NCBI GenBank assembly: GCA_044376225.1 | Contig: JBILLF010000006.1 | Location: 1-62,272 of the forward strand | Reading direction: 5' to 3' | DNA: 62,272 nt | DNA from: Patescibacteria group bacterium | Lineage (GTDB): Bacteria > Bacteroidota > Ignavibacteria > Kapaibacteriales > Kapaibacteriaceae | Part shown: piece after piece, positions 1 to 8,834 of the stretch | How positions within the stretch are numbered: position 1 is the first letter of the stretch | Layout: the number at the start of each line of letters is the position of its first letter | Notes under the pieces: generated by a model | Told to the model about the DNA's origin: nothing | Database searches by the model: none | What the model saw: only the letters and a program-made list of their open reading frames with translations | Made by a program: the position numbers and the translations under genes

Positions 1-1360
1 TGCGACCCGTGAAGTTGCGGTTGAACGACGTGATGATCGAGTTCTTGTCGCCCTGCTGCACGTCGTGACGTTTCCACTGTCCAATGCACGGACCACAGGC
101 GTTTGCCAGCACGACGCCTCCGATAGCCTCCATCTTGTCAAGGATTCCGTCACGCTCGATGGTTGCGCGCACCTGCTCCGAACCCGGTGTGATGGTGAAC
201 TCCGACTTGGCCTTTAGGCCATGGTTTGCGGCGAACTCGGCGATGGAGGCCACGCGCGACATGTCCTCGTACGAGGAGTTGGTGCACGAGCCGATGAGGC
301 CCACACGCAGTTCTTCTGGCCAGTTGTATTCCTTAACGGCATTTACAAACTCAGAGAGTTCCATTGCACGGTCTGGAGTGAACGGACCGTTGATATGGGG
401 CTCGAGGGTATCAAGATTGATCTCGATTACTTGATCGTAGTATGCTGATGGATTCGCTGCTACTTCATCGTCGGCCCGCAGGTGCTCTGCCACGGTGTTG
501 GCCAAGTCGGCAACATCGTTGCGACCCGATGCGCGCAGGTAGCGCTCCATCGATGCGTCGTACGGGAAGATCGACGTCGTAGCGCCGATCTCAGCACCCA
601 TGTTACAGATCGTTCCCTTGCCCGTGGCCGAGAACGAAGCAACGCCATCGCCGAAGTATTCAACGATCGCGCCCGTGCCGCCCTTCACCGTCAGGATGCC
701 GGCGAGCTTCAGGATCACGTCCTTCGGGCTGGTCCAGCCGCTCATGGTACCCGTGAGCTTCACGCCGATGAGCTTTGGCATTTGCAGTTCCCACGGCATG
801 CCGGCCATCACGTCAACCGCATCAGCACCGCCCACACCGATGGCCACCATTCCCAAGCCCCCTGCATTCGGCGTGTGTGAGTCCGTGCCGATCATCATGC
901 CGCCCGGGAAGGCGTAGTTCTCGATCACCACCTGGTGAATGATGCCGGCGCCCGGCTTCCAGAAGCCAATGCCGTACTTGTTGGATACAGAGGCAAGGAA
1001 GTCGAACACTTCCTTGTTCTCTTCGAGTGACTTATCGAGGTCGGACTTCGCCCCGTGCTCGGCACGGATAAGGTGGTCGCAGTGCACGGTTGATGGGACG
1101 GCGACCTTTGGGATGCCGGCCGACATGAACTGCAGAAGGGCCATCTGAGCCGTTGCGTCCTGCATCGCTACGCGGTCGGGATGGAAGTCCACATACGCCG
1201 CACCACGCGCGTGCGGGGCCGATGGTAGCTCTGCCATGTGGGCGTAGAGCACCTTTTCGGCGAGGGTCAGGGGGCGACCCAGCAAGCCCCTTGCTGCTTC
1301 GACCTTGGTAGGAAGCGCCGCATACAGGCGCTCGATCATGGAGATGTCTTGTGTTGCCAT
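1..1360 (-). CDS. acnA: Aconitate hydratase (mitochondrial-like/Bacteroidota type), 5' part; runs off the window start
   Basis: Manual translation from ATG 1360: [81 protein letters not shown]. Confidence 0.93.
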   Translation of the reverse strand, partial: MATQDISMIERLYAALPTKVEAARGLLGRPLTLAEKVLYAHMAELPSAPHARGAAYVDFHPDRVAMQDATAQMALLQFMSAGIPKVAVPSTVHCDHLIRAEHGAKSDLDKSLEENKEVFDFLASVSNKYGIGFWKPGAGIIHQVVIENYAFPGGMMIGTDSHTPNAGGLGMVAIGVGGADAVDVMAGMPWELQMPKLIGVKLTGTMSGWTSPKDVILKLAGILTVKGGTGAIVEYFGDGVASFSATGKGTICNMGAEIGATTSIFPYDASMERYLRASGRNDVADLANTVAEHLRADDEVAANPSAYYDQVIEINLDTLEPHINGPFTPDRAMELSEFVNAVKEYNWPEELRVGLIGSCTNSSYEDMSRVASIAEFAANHGLKAKSEFTITPGSEQVRATIERDGILDKMEAIGGVVLANACGPCIGQWKRHDVQQGDKNSIITSFNRNFTGR

Positions 1361-1367
1361 GTTGATG

Positions 1368-1760
1368 TTATCTGATGTGTTTGAAGTAACGGACTGATGG
1401 AAGCTTCATGAAATCGGCATCTTGTGTGACAAGTTCCGCTTCATGTGCAAGTGCGGTAGCGTAGATGATCGCGTCGGCCGTCGAAAGACTGTGCATTCGA
1501 CTTATCGTGGCGGCCTCGCGGGCTCGTCCTGTGGAGAGAGGATCTACGCGAAACGTTTGCATGCTCATGGTCACAGCAAGTGCTTCCTTAACAGAGACAA
1601 TGCGCTCGATGGAGCGATAGACCTCAAATATGCAGACAGACGGGACGACGATGCTATCGGCGTGTGCTTTCAGAACCTTCGCATAATGCGGCGCGTTCGG
1701 ACCGTCCAGAATGTACTCGATCCACGCCGACGAGTCGAGAACCACAGGACGTGCTTTCAT
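1368..1760 (-). CDS. vapC: VapC/PIN-domain toxin
   Basis: [12 protein letters not shown] in [29 protein letters not shown] acidic residues; overlaps upstream antitoxin by 4 bp. Confidence 0.9.
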   Translation of the reverse strand: MKARPVVLDSSAWIEYILDGPNAPHYAKVLKAHADSIVVPSVCIFEVYRSIERIVSVKEALAVTMSMQTFRVDPLSTGRAREAATISRMHSLSTADAIIYATALAHEAELVTQDADFMKLPSVRYFKHIR

Positions 1761-1972
1761 GGTTCAAACTTCTCCTTATCGCGAATCAGACGGATGTCGT
1801 AATCCTTCAAGTATCCGCGCAGTTCCTCAACTGAAAGAAGTGGTACGAGCACGAGCATGCCCTCGTGATTCATCCACTGCATGCGCTGCCCGGGCTTGAT
1901 ATGGAAGAAGTCCCTCAGTTCCTGCGGAATAACGATCTGGTACTTCGGAGAAACGGTGACTGTGGTGCTCAT
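1757..1972 (-). CDS. AbrB/MazE/SpoVT-family antitoxin
   Basis: VTVSPKYQIVIPQELR..IKPG swapped-hairpin motif, 71 aa, directly upstream of PIN toxin. Confidence 0.88.
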   Translation of the reverse strand: MSTTVTVSPKYQIVIPQELRDFFHIKPGQRMQWMNHEGMLVLVPLLSVEELRGYLKDYDIRLIRDKEKFEP

Positions 1973-1976
1973 AGGG

Positions 1977-2016
1977 GTATCGAACGATGTGTCGTACGAC
2001 GACGATTGATCGATAC
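1977..2016. promoter_or_regulatory. Imperfect 40-bp inverted repeat, probable TA autoregulatory operator
   Basis: GTATCGA..GTCGTACGAC..TCGATAC, 4 bp upstream of antitoxin ATG. Confidence 0.5.
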
Positions 2017-2081
2017 TAAACTCGTAAAACTCGCGGATTTTCGCAATGGGCCAGACGTATGAGCATCAATGTCCGGAGATT

Positions 2082-2459
2082 TCAAGTGCGACTTCTTCCT
2101 TTAGGGGCATTGAGGATGATCTCCGTTCGGTGTTCGATCATTCTCCGGATGAGTGCCACTGGCAGAGGACGATCGAGTGGGAATTGAACCGACCCTTTAC
2201 CCTGCTTGTATGCGGCTAGTTCATCTGCGAAGGCCTCGTGACTGTAGGGAGTGGCGTAAATGCCGATATGGCGTGCGTAGGCGGCGAAGTACATCAGGGG
2301 CTTACCGTTGAGCTTGTACGCCGGCATGCCGTAGGATATCGACTCTACGGCGTCGGGTGCCGCAGTGCGAATCATCTGACGGAGTTCGGATAGCAATAGC
2401 GCAAGTTCCGGCGACTGTTCGGTGATGTAGGCATCAACGCTTGATGGTGCAGCGCGCAT
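2082..2459 (-). CDS. DUF1801 (YdhG-like) protein
   Basis: SVDAYI..LRQMIRTAAPDAVESISYGMPAY..HIGIY..KGSVQFPLDRPLP. Confidence 0.85.
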   Translation of the reverse strand: MRAAPSSVDAYITEQSPELALLLSELRQMIRTAAPDAVESISYGMPAYKLNGKPLMYFAAYARHIGIYATPYSHEAFADELAAYKQGKGSVQFPLDRPLPVALIRRMIEHRTEIILNAPKGRSRT

Positions 2460-2471
2460 AGAGGATAGTCC

Positions 2472-4259
2472 TTACCCGGCCATCTCGCTCAGCTCGAGCC
2501 AGCGGAGGGTGAGACTGTCGAGTTCTTCTGTTAGCGCTGCATGCTCGGCGGCCCATGCGTGATGATCCGTGTAGGTTCCCTCACCGGAGGCCATGCGAGC
2601 TTCGATGGCTGAGATCTTTGCTTCTGTTTCGGGAATTGCCCGCTCCAGAGCTTGGAGTTCCTTTTGTTCCTTGAAGGTCAGTTTCTGCTTGATAGGGGGC
2701 TTGGCATCGGCCTTTGCATCGGCTGCTTTGGACTTCGACTCTCGATCGGCGGAGGCCGACTTGGCTTCGAGCTTTTCGAGGTAGGCCGAGTAGTTGCCGG
2801 GATACTCCTTGATGCGGCCGCCTTCTTCAAACGCCCAAATGGTGGTCACGGTCTTATCGAGAAAGGCACGGTCGTGCGAGACGATGATCAACACGCCCTT
2901 GAAGTAGGCAAGGTATTCCTCAAGGGCCGATAGCGTTACGAGGTCGAAGTCGTTCGTGGGCTCGTCCAGGAAGAGGACGTTGGGGTTGCGCATGAGAATG
3001 CGCAGCAGACCCAGACGCCTGCGCTCGCCCCCTGACAACGTATGCACATAGGCATGCTGCTGCTTGGGTGAAAAGCCGAAGCGGTCGCACAGCTCCTTGG
3101 CGGTGATGTATCGCTCGCGTCCAACGCCAACGTCGATGTACTCGGCAATGGCGCGCACGTTCGAGAGCACCGTCTCGTTCTCGCTGAGGTCGCGGATCTC
3201 CTGCTCGAAGAAGCCCAGGTTCACTGTGTCACCAATGGTTACGTGACCCTTTGTTGCGCTTCGACGTCCGGCCAGGACGTTTAAGAGTGTTGTCTTGCCA
3301 GCCCCATTTGGACCGATGATTCCGATCCGGTCAAGGGGCGAGGCACGATAGGTAAAGTTCGTTACGAGCGATTCGATGGAGACATCAATGGCATCGATGA
3401 TCTTTCCGCCGAGGAACTTCCCGCCGACCTCGATGTCGATGTCGCGGAACTCGGTGCTTTCAGTGCGCTGCTCCTGCTGCATCTTCTCAATCCAGTCGAT
3501 GCGGCTCTGCTGCTTTGTGCGGCGTGCCTTGGCCCCCTTCTGCAGCCACGCAAGCTCCGTGCGGAGCTTGTTGCGTTGGTGCGCGGCCGTTGCATCGGCA
3601 ACGGCGATCATGGCCTCCTTACGTTCGAGGTACTTCTCGTACGAGCCTTCGTAGGAGAAGAGCCGATGCTCATCAATCTCCACGATGCGGTTGCACACGG
3701 CGTCGAGAAAGTACCGGTCGTGCGTCACCAGCAACAGCGCGCGTGGGGAGTTCTGCAGCGTGTCCTGCAGCCACTGCACGCTTGCCGCGTCAAGGTGGTT
3801 CGTTGGCTCGTCCAGGATGAGCAGGTCCGGCTCGGCGATCAGCGCACGGGCAATAGCCACGCGCTTGCGCTGTCCGCCCGACATGGCATGAACGCTGCGA
3901 AGGGGATCATGGATGCCCAATCGTCCGAGGGTTTGCCGTGCCCGTGTTTCGAGTTCCCATTCTTCGAGATGACCATGCTGCTGGTCGTAGGCGTTCATCA
4001 CGGTGGTCAGCGCTAAGTCGTCGACCTCGAAGGTCGGCAGCTGGGCGAGATACTCGAAGCGTGCTTCGCGATTGAAGGCGATCTCTCCGGCATCCGGCTC
4101 GTCGATACCGGCGATGATGCGCAGCAGCGAGGTTTTACCAGCCCCATTGCGACCGATAATGCCAACGCGTTCTCCGGCTTGCATGCCGAAGGAGATGTTC
4201 TCGAAGAGGGTCTTTTCGAAGTACGACTTCGAAAGCTGTGAGGCCGAAAAAAGTGTCAC
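2472..4259 (-). CDS. ABC-F family ATPase (Uup-like)
   Basis: Two ABC domains (GRNGAGKT, SGGQRKR, LDEPTNHLD; GPNGAGKT, SGGERRR, LDEPTNDFD), no TM segments, C-terminal coiled coil. Confidence 0.92.
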   Translation of the reverse strand: MTLFSASQLSKSYFEKTLFENISFGMQAGERVGIIGRNGAGKTSLLRIIAGIDEPDAGEIAFNREARFEYLAQLPTFEVDDLALTTVMNAYDQQHGHLEEWELETRARQTLGRLGIHDPLRSVHAMSGGQRKRVAIARALIAEPDLLILDEPTNHLDAASVQWLQDTLQNSPRALLLVTHDRYFLDAVCNRIVEIDEHRLFSYEGSYEKYLERKEAMIAVADATAAHQRNKLRTELAWLQKGAKARRTKQQSRIDWIEKMQQEQRTESTEFRDIDIEVGGKFLGGKIIDAIDVSIESLVTNFTYRASPLDRIGIIGPNGAGKTTLLNVLAGRRSATKGHVTIGDTVNLGFFEQEIRDLSENETVLSNVRAIAEYIDVGVGRERYITAKELCDRFGFSPKQQHAYVHTLSGGERRRLGLLRILMRNPNVLFLDEPTNDFDLVTLSALEEYLAYFKGVLIIVSHDRAFLDKTVTTIWAFEEGGRIKEYPGNYSAYLEKLEAKSASADRESKSKAADAKADAKPPIKQKLTFKEQKELQALERAIPETEAKISAIEARMASGEGTYTDHHAWAAEHAALTEELDSLTLRWLELSEMAG

Positions 4260-5176
4260 GCTTCTTCGAGAACCTCTTCCTCTTCCGTCAGGGCCAGCGT
4301 CTGGACGTTCAAGGCTTGGTGTTGACTGTCGATGCGGCGCTTCTGCATGAGTGATTCCGGAATGCGGGTCACCTTGCTGACAAGGCCGATGCGTTCAAAC
4401 AGACGGATCATGAAACCCGTCGGATCGATCTGCCACCAGGCCAAACCGTGAATGGCCGACGAAGGGAAGGCGTGATGGTTGTTGTGCCAGCCTTCGCCGA
4501 GTGCCAGAAGTCCCACAATCGGGTTGTTGCGGCTATGGTCCGTGGTGGTGTAGGTGCGAGCACCAAAGAAGTGGCACACAGAATTCACGCTCCACGTAAC
4601 GTGCGAGGAGATGAAGATGCGCACCAGTCCGCCCCAAAGAAATCCCGTCCATGCACCGTGCCAGCCCCCTACCATGTATCCGAGGACTGCCGGAATGATG
4701 AGACTCAGCACTGCCCAGAACAGAAACGTCGAGGTGAACCATACCAGCATGGGGTCTTTCTTGTAGCGTGCGCCCCACTTGTTGACGACTTCATCGAGAC
4801 TGGCACTGTTCATCTCCAACAGCCACTCAAAGTGGGCGTGAATGAACCCGCCGATCGTGGGCGAATGCGGGTCGCCATCCTGATCGCTATGCGCGTGGTG
4901 CTTGGTGTGCACGCTGGCCCAATGCAGCACCGGACCCTGAAACGCCATCGATCCGAAGGCCAATGTGATGGCCTTGATCACCGGATGTGCCTCAAAGGCC
5001 TTGTGCACCACCATGCGATGGTAGGCGAATGTGATGCCGAACTCCGTCAGCACCACACCAACAAGACACATTCCAACGTTGAACATCGACACATCGCCAG
5101 TGAATGCCTGATAGCAAACAAGAATGACCGCGGCAAGGGGCAGGCCAATAAGGCCGTAGATCGGAAGAGAGGACAT
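4256..5176 (-). CDS. Delta-9-type acyl-lipid/acyl-CoA fatty acid desaturase
   Basis: His boxes HRMVVH, HTKHH, WHNNHH; start moved to ATG 5176 because the upstream extension is repeat DNA and a TAACTTTG box lies 5 nt upstream. Confidence 0.9.
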   Translation of the reverse strand: MSSLPIYGLIGLPLAAVILVCYQAFTGDVSMFNVGMCLVGVVLTEFGITFAYHRMVVHKAFEAHPVIKAITLAFGSMAFQGPVLHWASVHTKHHAHSDQDGDPHSPTIGGFIHAHFEWLLEMNSASLDEVVNKWGARYKKDPMLVWFTSTFLFWAVLSLIIPAVLGYMVGGWHGAWTGFLWGGLVRIFISSHVTWSVNSVCHFFGARTYTTTDHSRNNPIVGLLALGEGWHNNHHAFPSSAIHGLAWWQIDPTGFMIRLFERIGLVSKVTRIPESLMQKRRIDSQHQALNVQTLALTEEEEVLEEA

Positions 5177-5181
5177 GAGGG

Positions 5182-5189
5182 CAAAGTTA
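5182..5189 (-). promoter_or_regulatory. Bacteroidota -7 promoter element TAACTTTG
   Basis: Exact TAnnTTTG consensus 5 nt before desaturase ATG. Confidence 0.65.
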
Positions 5190-5191
5190 CG

Positions 5192-5325
5192 GAGGGACGA
5201 GGGACGAGGGACGAGAGACAAGCGACGTGCCATCGATATACTAGCCCCGAGCCTTGGCCCGGGGTACAAGAGACGAGCGACGTGCAATCGATTTGCTAGC
5301 CCCGAGCCTTGGCCCGGGGTACGAG
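5192..5325. repeat. GAG(G/A)GAC heptamer run plus a 55-bp tandem duplication containing the CTAGCCCCGAGCCTTGGCCCGGGG palindromic element
   Basis: Read directly; same element family at 60325-60510. Confidence 0.85.
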
Positions 5326-5345
5326 CAACGTTGTAGGGGCGACCA

Positions 5346-5372
5346 TGGACTCCCGCCTTCGCGGGAATGACG
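5346..5372 (-). repeat. REP-like element CGTCATTCCCGCGAAGGCGGGAGTCCA
   Basis: GTCAT leader plus CCCGC-GAAG-GCGGG hairpin; related copies at 50859 and 55558. Confidence 0.8.
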
Positions 5373-5375
5373 GCA

Positions 5376-5416
5376 AACAAAAAAAGCGTCGGCGCACGCA
5401 TGGTGTGCCGACGCTT
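5376..5416 (-). terminator. Intrinsic terminator of the FKBP gene pair
   Basis: AAGCGTCGGCACAC..GTGCGCCGACGC followed by TTTTTTT on the minus strand. Confidence 0.8.
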
Positions 5417-5439
5417 GAGGTGATTGCAGCTCGGTAGAG

Positions 5440-6171
5440 TTACTTGACGATCTCGATCAATTCGACGTCGAAGATCAGGGTTGCGTTTGGACCGATCTGT
5501 CCGCCGGCACCGCGTTCGCCGTAGGCGATCGATGGTGGGAGGTAGATCGTGTACTTCGAGCCGACGCTCATCAGTTGCAGAGCCTCAGTCCAGCCGGCGA
5601 TGACGCCAGAAAGAGGGAACTCCGCTGGTTCACCGCGTTCGACGGAGCTGTCGAAGACCGTTCCATCGAGGAGCTTACCGGTGTAGTGCACCTTGACGAC
5701 GTTGTCCTTGGTTGGCTTCTTGCCTGTGCCTTCGGTGTTGACCTTGTATTGCAGACCGCTTGCTGTGACCGTAATGCCTGGCTTGTTTTTGTTTTCGGCC
5801 AAGAACTTCTCTCCCTTGGCAGCGTTCTCGGTGCCTGCTACAGCCTGGCGGGCCTGCATCTTTTCCATAGCCTGCTGCTGCATTGCCATCAGGGCTACCT
5901 GCAGCTGCTCCGGCGTCAGTTTGAGCGTTCCGGCCAGAGCATCACGCATACCGGATGCCACGAGTTCGGCGTCAACGTCGAGGTCCTGGTCTTTGATGGA
6001 GCGTCCGACGGAGGCTCCGACGGCATAGCTGGCGCTGTCCTTAGCAGTCATGATCTTTTTGTCCTGGGCCGTTGCAACAGATGCGGCACTGAGCACGATC
6101 GTTGCGAAGGCGATTGTGAATGTGATGGTGGATCTCATTTTGTCGTTGGGTGAAAAGTGAGAAAATGTCAT
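5440..6171 (-). CDS. FKBP-type peptidyl-prolyl isomerase (FkpA/FklB-like, secreted)
   Basis: SYAVG N-domain, TASGLQY, VHYTGKLLDGTVFDSS, VIAGWTEAL, LIFDVELI; true start may be the downstream MRST. Confidence 0.93.
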   Translation of the reverse strand: MTFSHFSPNDKMRSTITFTIAFATIVLSAASVATAQDKKIMTAKDSASYAVGASVGRSIKDQDLDVDAELVASGMRDALAGTLKLTPEQLQVALMAMQQQAMEKMQARQAVAGTENAAKGEKFLAENKNKPGITVTASGLQYKVNTEGTGKKPTKDNVVKVHYTGKLLDGTVFDSSVERGEPAEFPLSGVIAGWTEALQLMSVGSKYTIYLPPSIAYGERGAGGQIGPNATLIFDVELIEIVK

Positions 6172-6177
6172 TGTTGA

Positions 6178-6864
6178 TTACTTGATTCCCAGAAGCTCGA
6201 TCTCGAACACCAGCACCGAACCCGGCGGGATCGGTCCGGCCTGCTGCATACCATAGGCCAGTTCACTTGGCATATACACCATGTACTTGGCACCGACGCT
6301 CATCATCGACAGGGCTTCAGCAAATCCAGGGATCACGCCGCCGAGCGGAAACTCAGCCGGCTCGCCGCGCTTAATGCTGCTGTCGAACACCGTACCATCG
6401 ATGAGTGAACCCGTGTAGTGAATCTTGACCGTTGAGGCCGACGTTGGCTTGGCTCCCGAACCGGCTGTGAGCACCTTGTACTGCAGACCGCTGGCCGTAG
6501 TGACGACACCAGGCTTGGATTTATTGGCTTCAAGGAAGTCCTTGCCGGCCTTGACGTTGCCCTTGGCCTTCGATTCGTCTTCTTTGGCCTGCTGATCGCG
6601 ACGGCTCTGCTCGAGCTTGTTCATCATAAGCGCCACGATCGAATCGGTCATCTGCGGGCTTCCTCCCATCGCATCTTTGATGGCCAGTGCCACCACTTCC
6701 GGATCAACGTCGAACTTGCTCGAAACCAAAGACTTGCCCACCTGCGTGCCGATGGCGTAGCTCGTTGAATCCTTGAACGTTGAGAGATTCTTACTCCCAC
6801 CGTCACAGCCCGAGAATATCAGACCAATGCAGAGGAAGATGGGAAGTACAGCAGCAATGCGCAT
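6178..6864 (-). CDS. FKBP-type peptidyl-prolyl isomerase, lipoprotein paralogue
   Basis: FSGC lipobox, TASGLQY, HYTGSLIDGTVFDSS, LVFEIELL. Confidence 0.92.
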   Translation of the reverse strand: MRIAAVLPIFLCIGLIFSGCDGGSKNLSTFKDSTSYAIGTQVGKSLVSSKFDVDPEVVALAIKDAMGGSPQMTDSIVALMMNKLEQSRRDQQAKEDESKAKGNVKAGKDFLEANKSKPGVVTTASGLQYKVLTAGSGAKPTSASTVKIHYTGSLIDGTVFDSSIKRGEPAEFPLGGVIPGFAEALSMMSVGAKYMVYMPSELAYGMQQAGPIPPGSVLVFEIELLGIK

Positions 6865-6895
6865 GGAGGGGGCTTTCAGATTAAATGATGGACGG

Positions 6896-6903
6896 CAAAG
6901 ATA
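6896..6903 (-). promoter_or_regulatory. -7 promoter element TATCTTTG
   Basis: Consensus match 31 nt upstream of FKBP ATG 6864. Confidence 0.6.
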
Positions 6904-6906
6904 CGG

Positions 6907-7227
6907 TCAGCCTGCAATCGGTGGAATCCAAAGATGACGCGACAGATCAACCGCTTCACCGATGAACGTCACATTTTCGGCCTCGAGACGTTCGCGCATC
7001 ACGTAGGGCGTTTCGAAGTGCATCTTTCCGGAGAGTTCGCCCAGACGGTTCACAACGCGGTGGCAGGGGATGTCGATCCGGTCCGACAACGCTACGGCGT
7101 TCAGGGCCCAACCAACGAGTCGAGCACCGCCGCGCGTGCCCACGGCCTGCGCGATCTGTCCGTACGTCGTCACCTTGCCGGGCGGAACCGAGCGCACGAT
7201 GTCGTAGATCCGTTCATAGAGGTCCAT
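6907..7227 (-). CDS. MGMT/Ogt family DNA-alkyl repair protein (short form)
   Basis: VPPGKVTTYGQIA, ARLVGWAL, IPCHRVVN; start set at ATG 7227. Confidence 0.88.
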   Translation of the reverse strand: MDLYERIYDIVRSVPPGKVTTYGQIAQAVGTRGGARLVGWALNAVALSDRIDIPCHRVVNRLGELSGKMHFETPYVMRERLEAENVTFIGEAVDLSRHLWIPPIAG

Positions 7228-7230
7228 GAC

Positions 7231-7253
7231 CCAAGTTACGACCGTAACTTTGG
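7231..7253. promoter_or_regulatory. Back-to-back divergent -7 elements forming an inverted repeat
   Basis: CCAAGTTACG-AC-CGTAACTTTGG; each box lies 3-4 nt before a start codon. Confidence 0.6.
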
Positions 7254-7256
7254 CGC

Positions 7257-8834
7257 GTGATAACGCGCATCGACATGGTGATAACTCCGGCCCAGGCCGC
7301 CGATCCGGCCGAGGTCCGGCGTTGCGCACGACGCCATGCGGGCCTTGCCGACGATGCCGAAGCCGGCGTTCGGATGGTGCGGCGCTCGATTGATGCGCGT
7401 TCGCGGTTTCCGCGCGTGCGCATTGTGGCCGACGTCTATACGGGCCACGAGCCCCCTGTCACAGAGCGCATTACTGACCTCCTACCCATGGCCGACCCAC
7501 AGCGTCGCGTGGTGATCGTTGGCGCGGGACCTGCCGGCTACTTCGCCGCCCTGGAGCTGCTTCGGCATGGCATCACACCTGTCGTACTGGACCGGGGCAA
7601 GGATGTGAGGGCTCGGCGGCGGGATCTGCGCGCCATTCAGCAAGATGGCGTCGTGGATCCGCATTCGAATTACTGCTTTGGGGAAGGGGGCGCCGGGACC
7701 TACTCCGATGGTAAGCTCTACACCCGATCGCACAAGCGCGGCAGCATCGAGACGGTTCTGCAGTTGCTGGTAGAGCACGGCGCGACGTCCGATATCCTCG
7801 TTGATGCCCACCCGCACATCGGGTCCAACAAGCTCTGGATGGTTGTGCAGAACATCCGTGAGACGATCCTGCGCCATGGCGGCCAGGTGCATTTTGGGGC
7901 ACACGTTACGGAGCTCGTGATCTCGGGCCATTCTGATGAGCGCGTGATCCGTGGTGTAGCAACCTCCGACGGACGTGAGTTCATGGGCGATGCTGTGGTG
8001 CTCGCCACCGGACACAGTGCACGCGACGTCTTCGCGTTATGCGCACGGCGCGGTGTGCAGATCGAGGCTAAGCCATTTGCCCTGGGCGTGCGTATCGAGC
8101 ATCCGCAGGCGCTGGTCGATGAGATCCGCTATCACCAGTCACCGCGCGACCCGAATCTTCCGGCATCATCGTATTCGCTGGTGTGCCAGGCCGACGGACG
8201 GGGCGTGTTTTCGTTCTGCATGTGTCCGGGTGGGCTGATCGTTCCGGCTGCCACGGCACCCGGCGAAATCGTCGTCAATGGTATGTCAATGTCACGTCGC
8301 GACTCGCCATTTGCAAACTCAGGCACGGTGGTGGCCGTTGAGCCCGAAGACTGGAAGCGCGGCGGATATGATGGTGTCTTTGGTGCATTGGAGTTCCAGG
8401 CCCACGCTGAGCAGGCCGCTTTTGCGTTCAATGGTGACGGGAGTCAACGTGCTCCGGCTCAACGTCTTATGGACTATCTCGACGGACGGATCTCACAGAC
8501 CATTCCCAAAACATCCTACATCCCCGGCCATGTCCCGGCCGATATGCGGGACATCCTGCCACCTTCCATTGACGAGCGTCTGCGATTTGGAATCCGTGAG
8601 TTTGGACGCTCGATGCATGGCTACCTGACCAACGAGGCCGTGATGGTTGGTGTTGAATCGCGTACGTCGTCACCAGTGCGCATTCCGCGCGATCGTCAGA
8701 CGTACCAGCATACGGGCGTGGCGCGCCTCTATCCCTGTGGTGAAGGAGCCGGTTATGCAGGGGGCATTGTGAGCGCTGCCCTCGACGGGCAAAATGTGGC
8801 GCGGGCGATCGCCCTTACTTTCGCAGGATCCTGA
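7257..8834 (+). CDS. NAD(P)/FAD-dependent oxidoreductase (uncharacterised family)
   Basis: VIVGAGPAG, FGEGGAGTYSDGKL, SFCMCPGG, LYPCGEGAGYAGGIVSAA. Confidence 0.88.
   Translation: MITRIDMVITPAQAADPAEVRRCARRHAGLADDAEAGVRMVRRSIDARSRFPRVRIVADVYTGHEPPVTERITDLLPMADPQRRVVIVGAGPAGYFAALELLRHGITPVVLDRGKDVRARRRDLRAIQQDGVVDPHSNYCFGEGGAGTYSDGKLYTRSHKRGSIETVLQLLVEHGATSDILVDAHPHIGSNKLWMVVQNIRETILRHGGQVHFGAHVTELVISGHSDERVIRGVATSDGREFMGDAVVLATGHSARDVFALCARRGVQIEAKPFALGVRIEHPQALVDEIRYHQSPRDPNLPASSYSLVCQADGRGVFSFCMCPGGLIVPAATAPGEIVVNGMSMSRRDSPFANSGTVVAVEPEDWKRGGYDGVFGALEFQAHAEQAAFAFNGDGSQRAPAQRLMDYLDGRISQTIPKTSYIPGHVPADMRDILPPSIDERLRFGIREFGRSMHGYLTNEAVMVGVESRTSSPVRIPRDRQTYQHTGVARLYPCGEGAGYAGGIVSAALDGQNVARAIALTFAGS

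Noticed and set aside
84-1148. Plus-strand ORFs at the window start, and other long antisense ORFs (e.g. 4448-5299, 10368-11252, 60782-61780)
   Set aside because: They are shadow ORFs opposite well-supported genes in GC-rich DNA.
5177-5401. 75-aa N-terminal extension of the desaturase
   Set aside because: It consists of repeat elements, a terminator and the promoter box.
5440-6864. Tandem FKBP pair as a novelty
   Set aside because: Adjacent FKBP paralogues are common in Bacteroidota.
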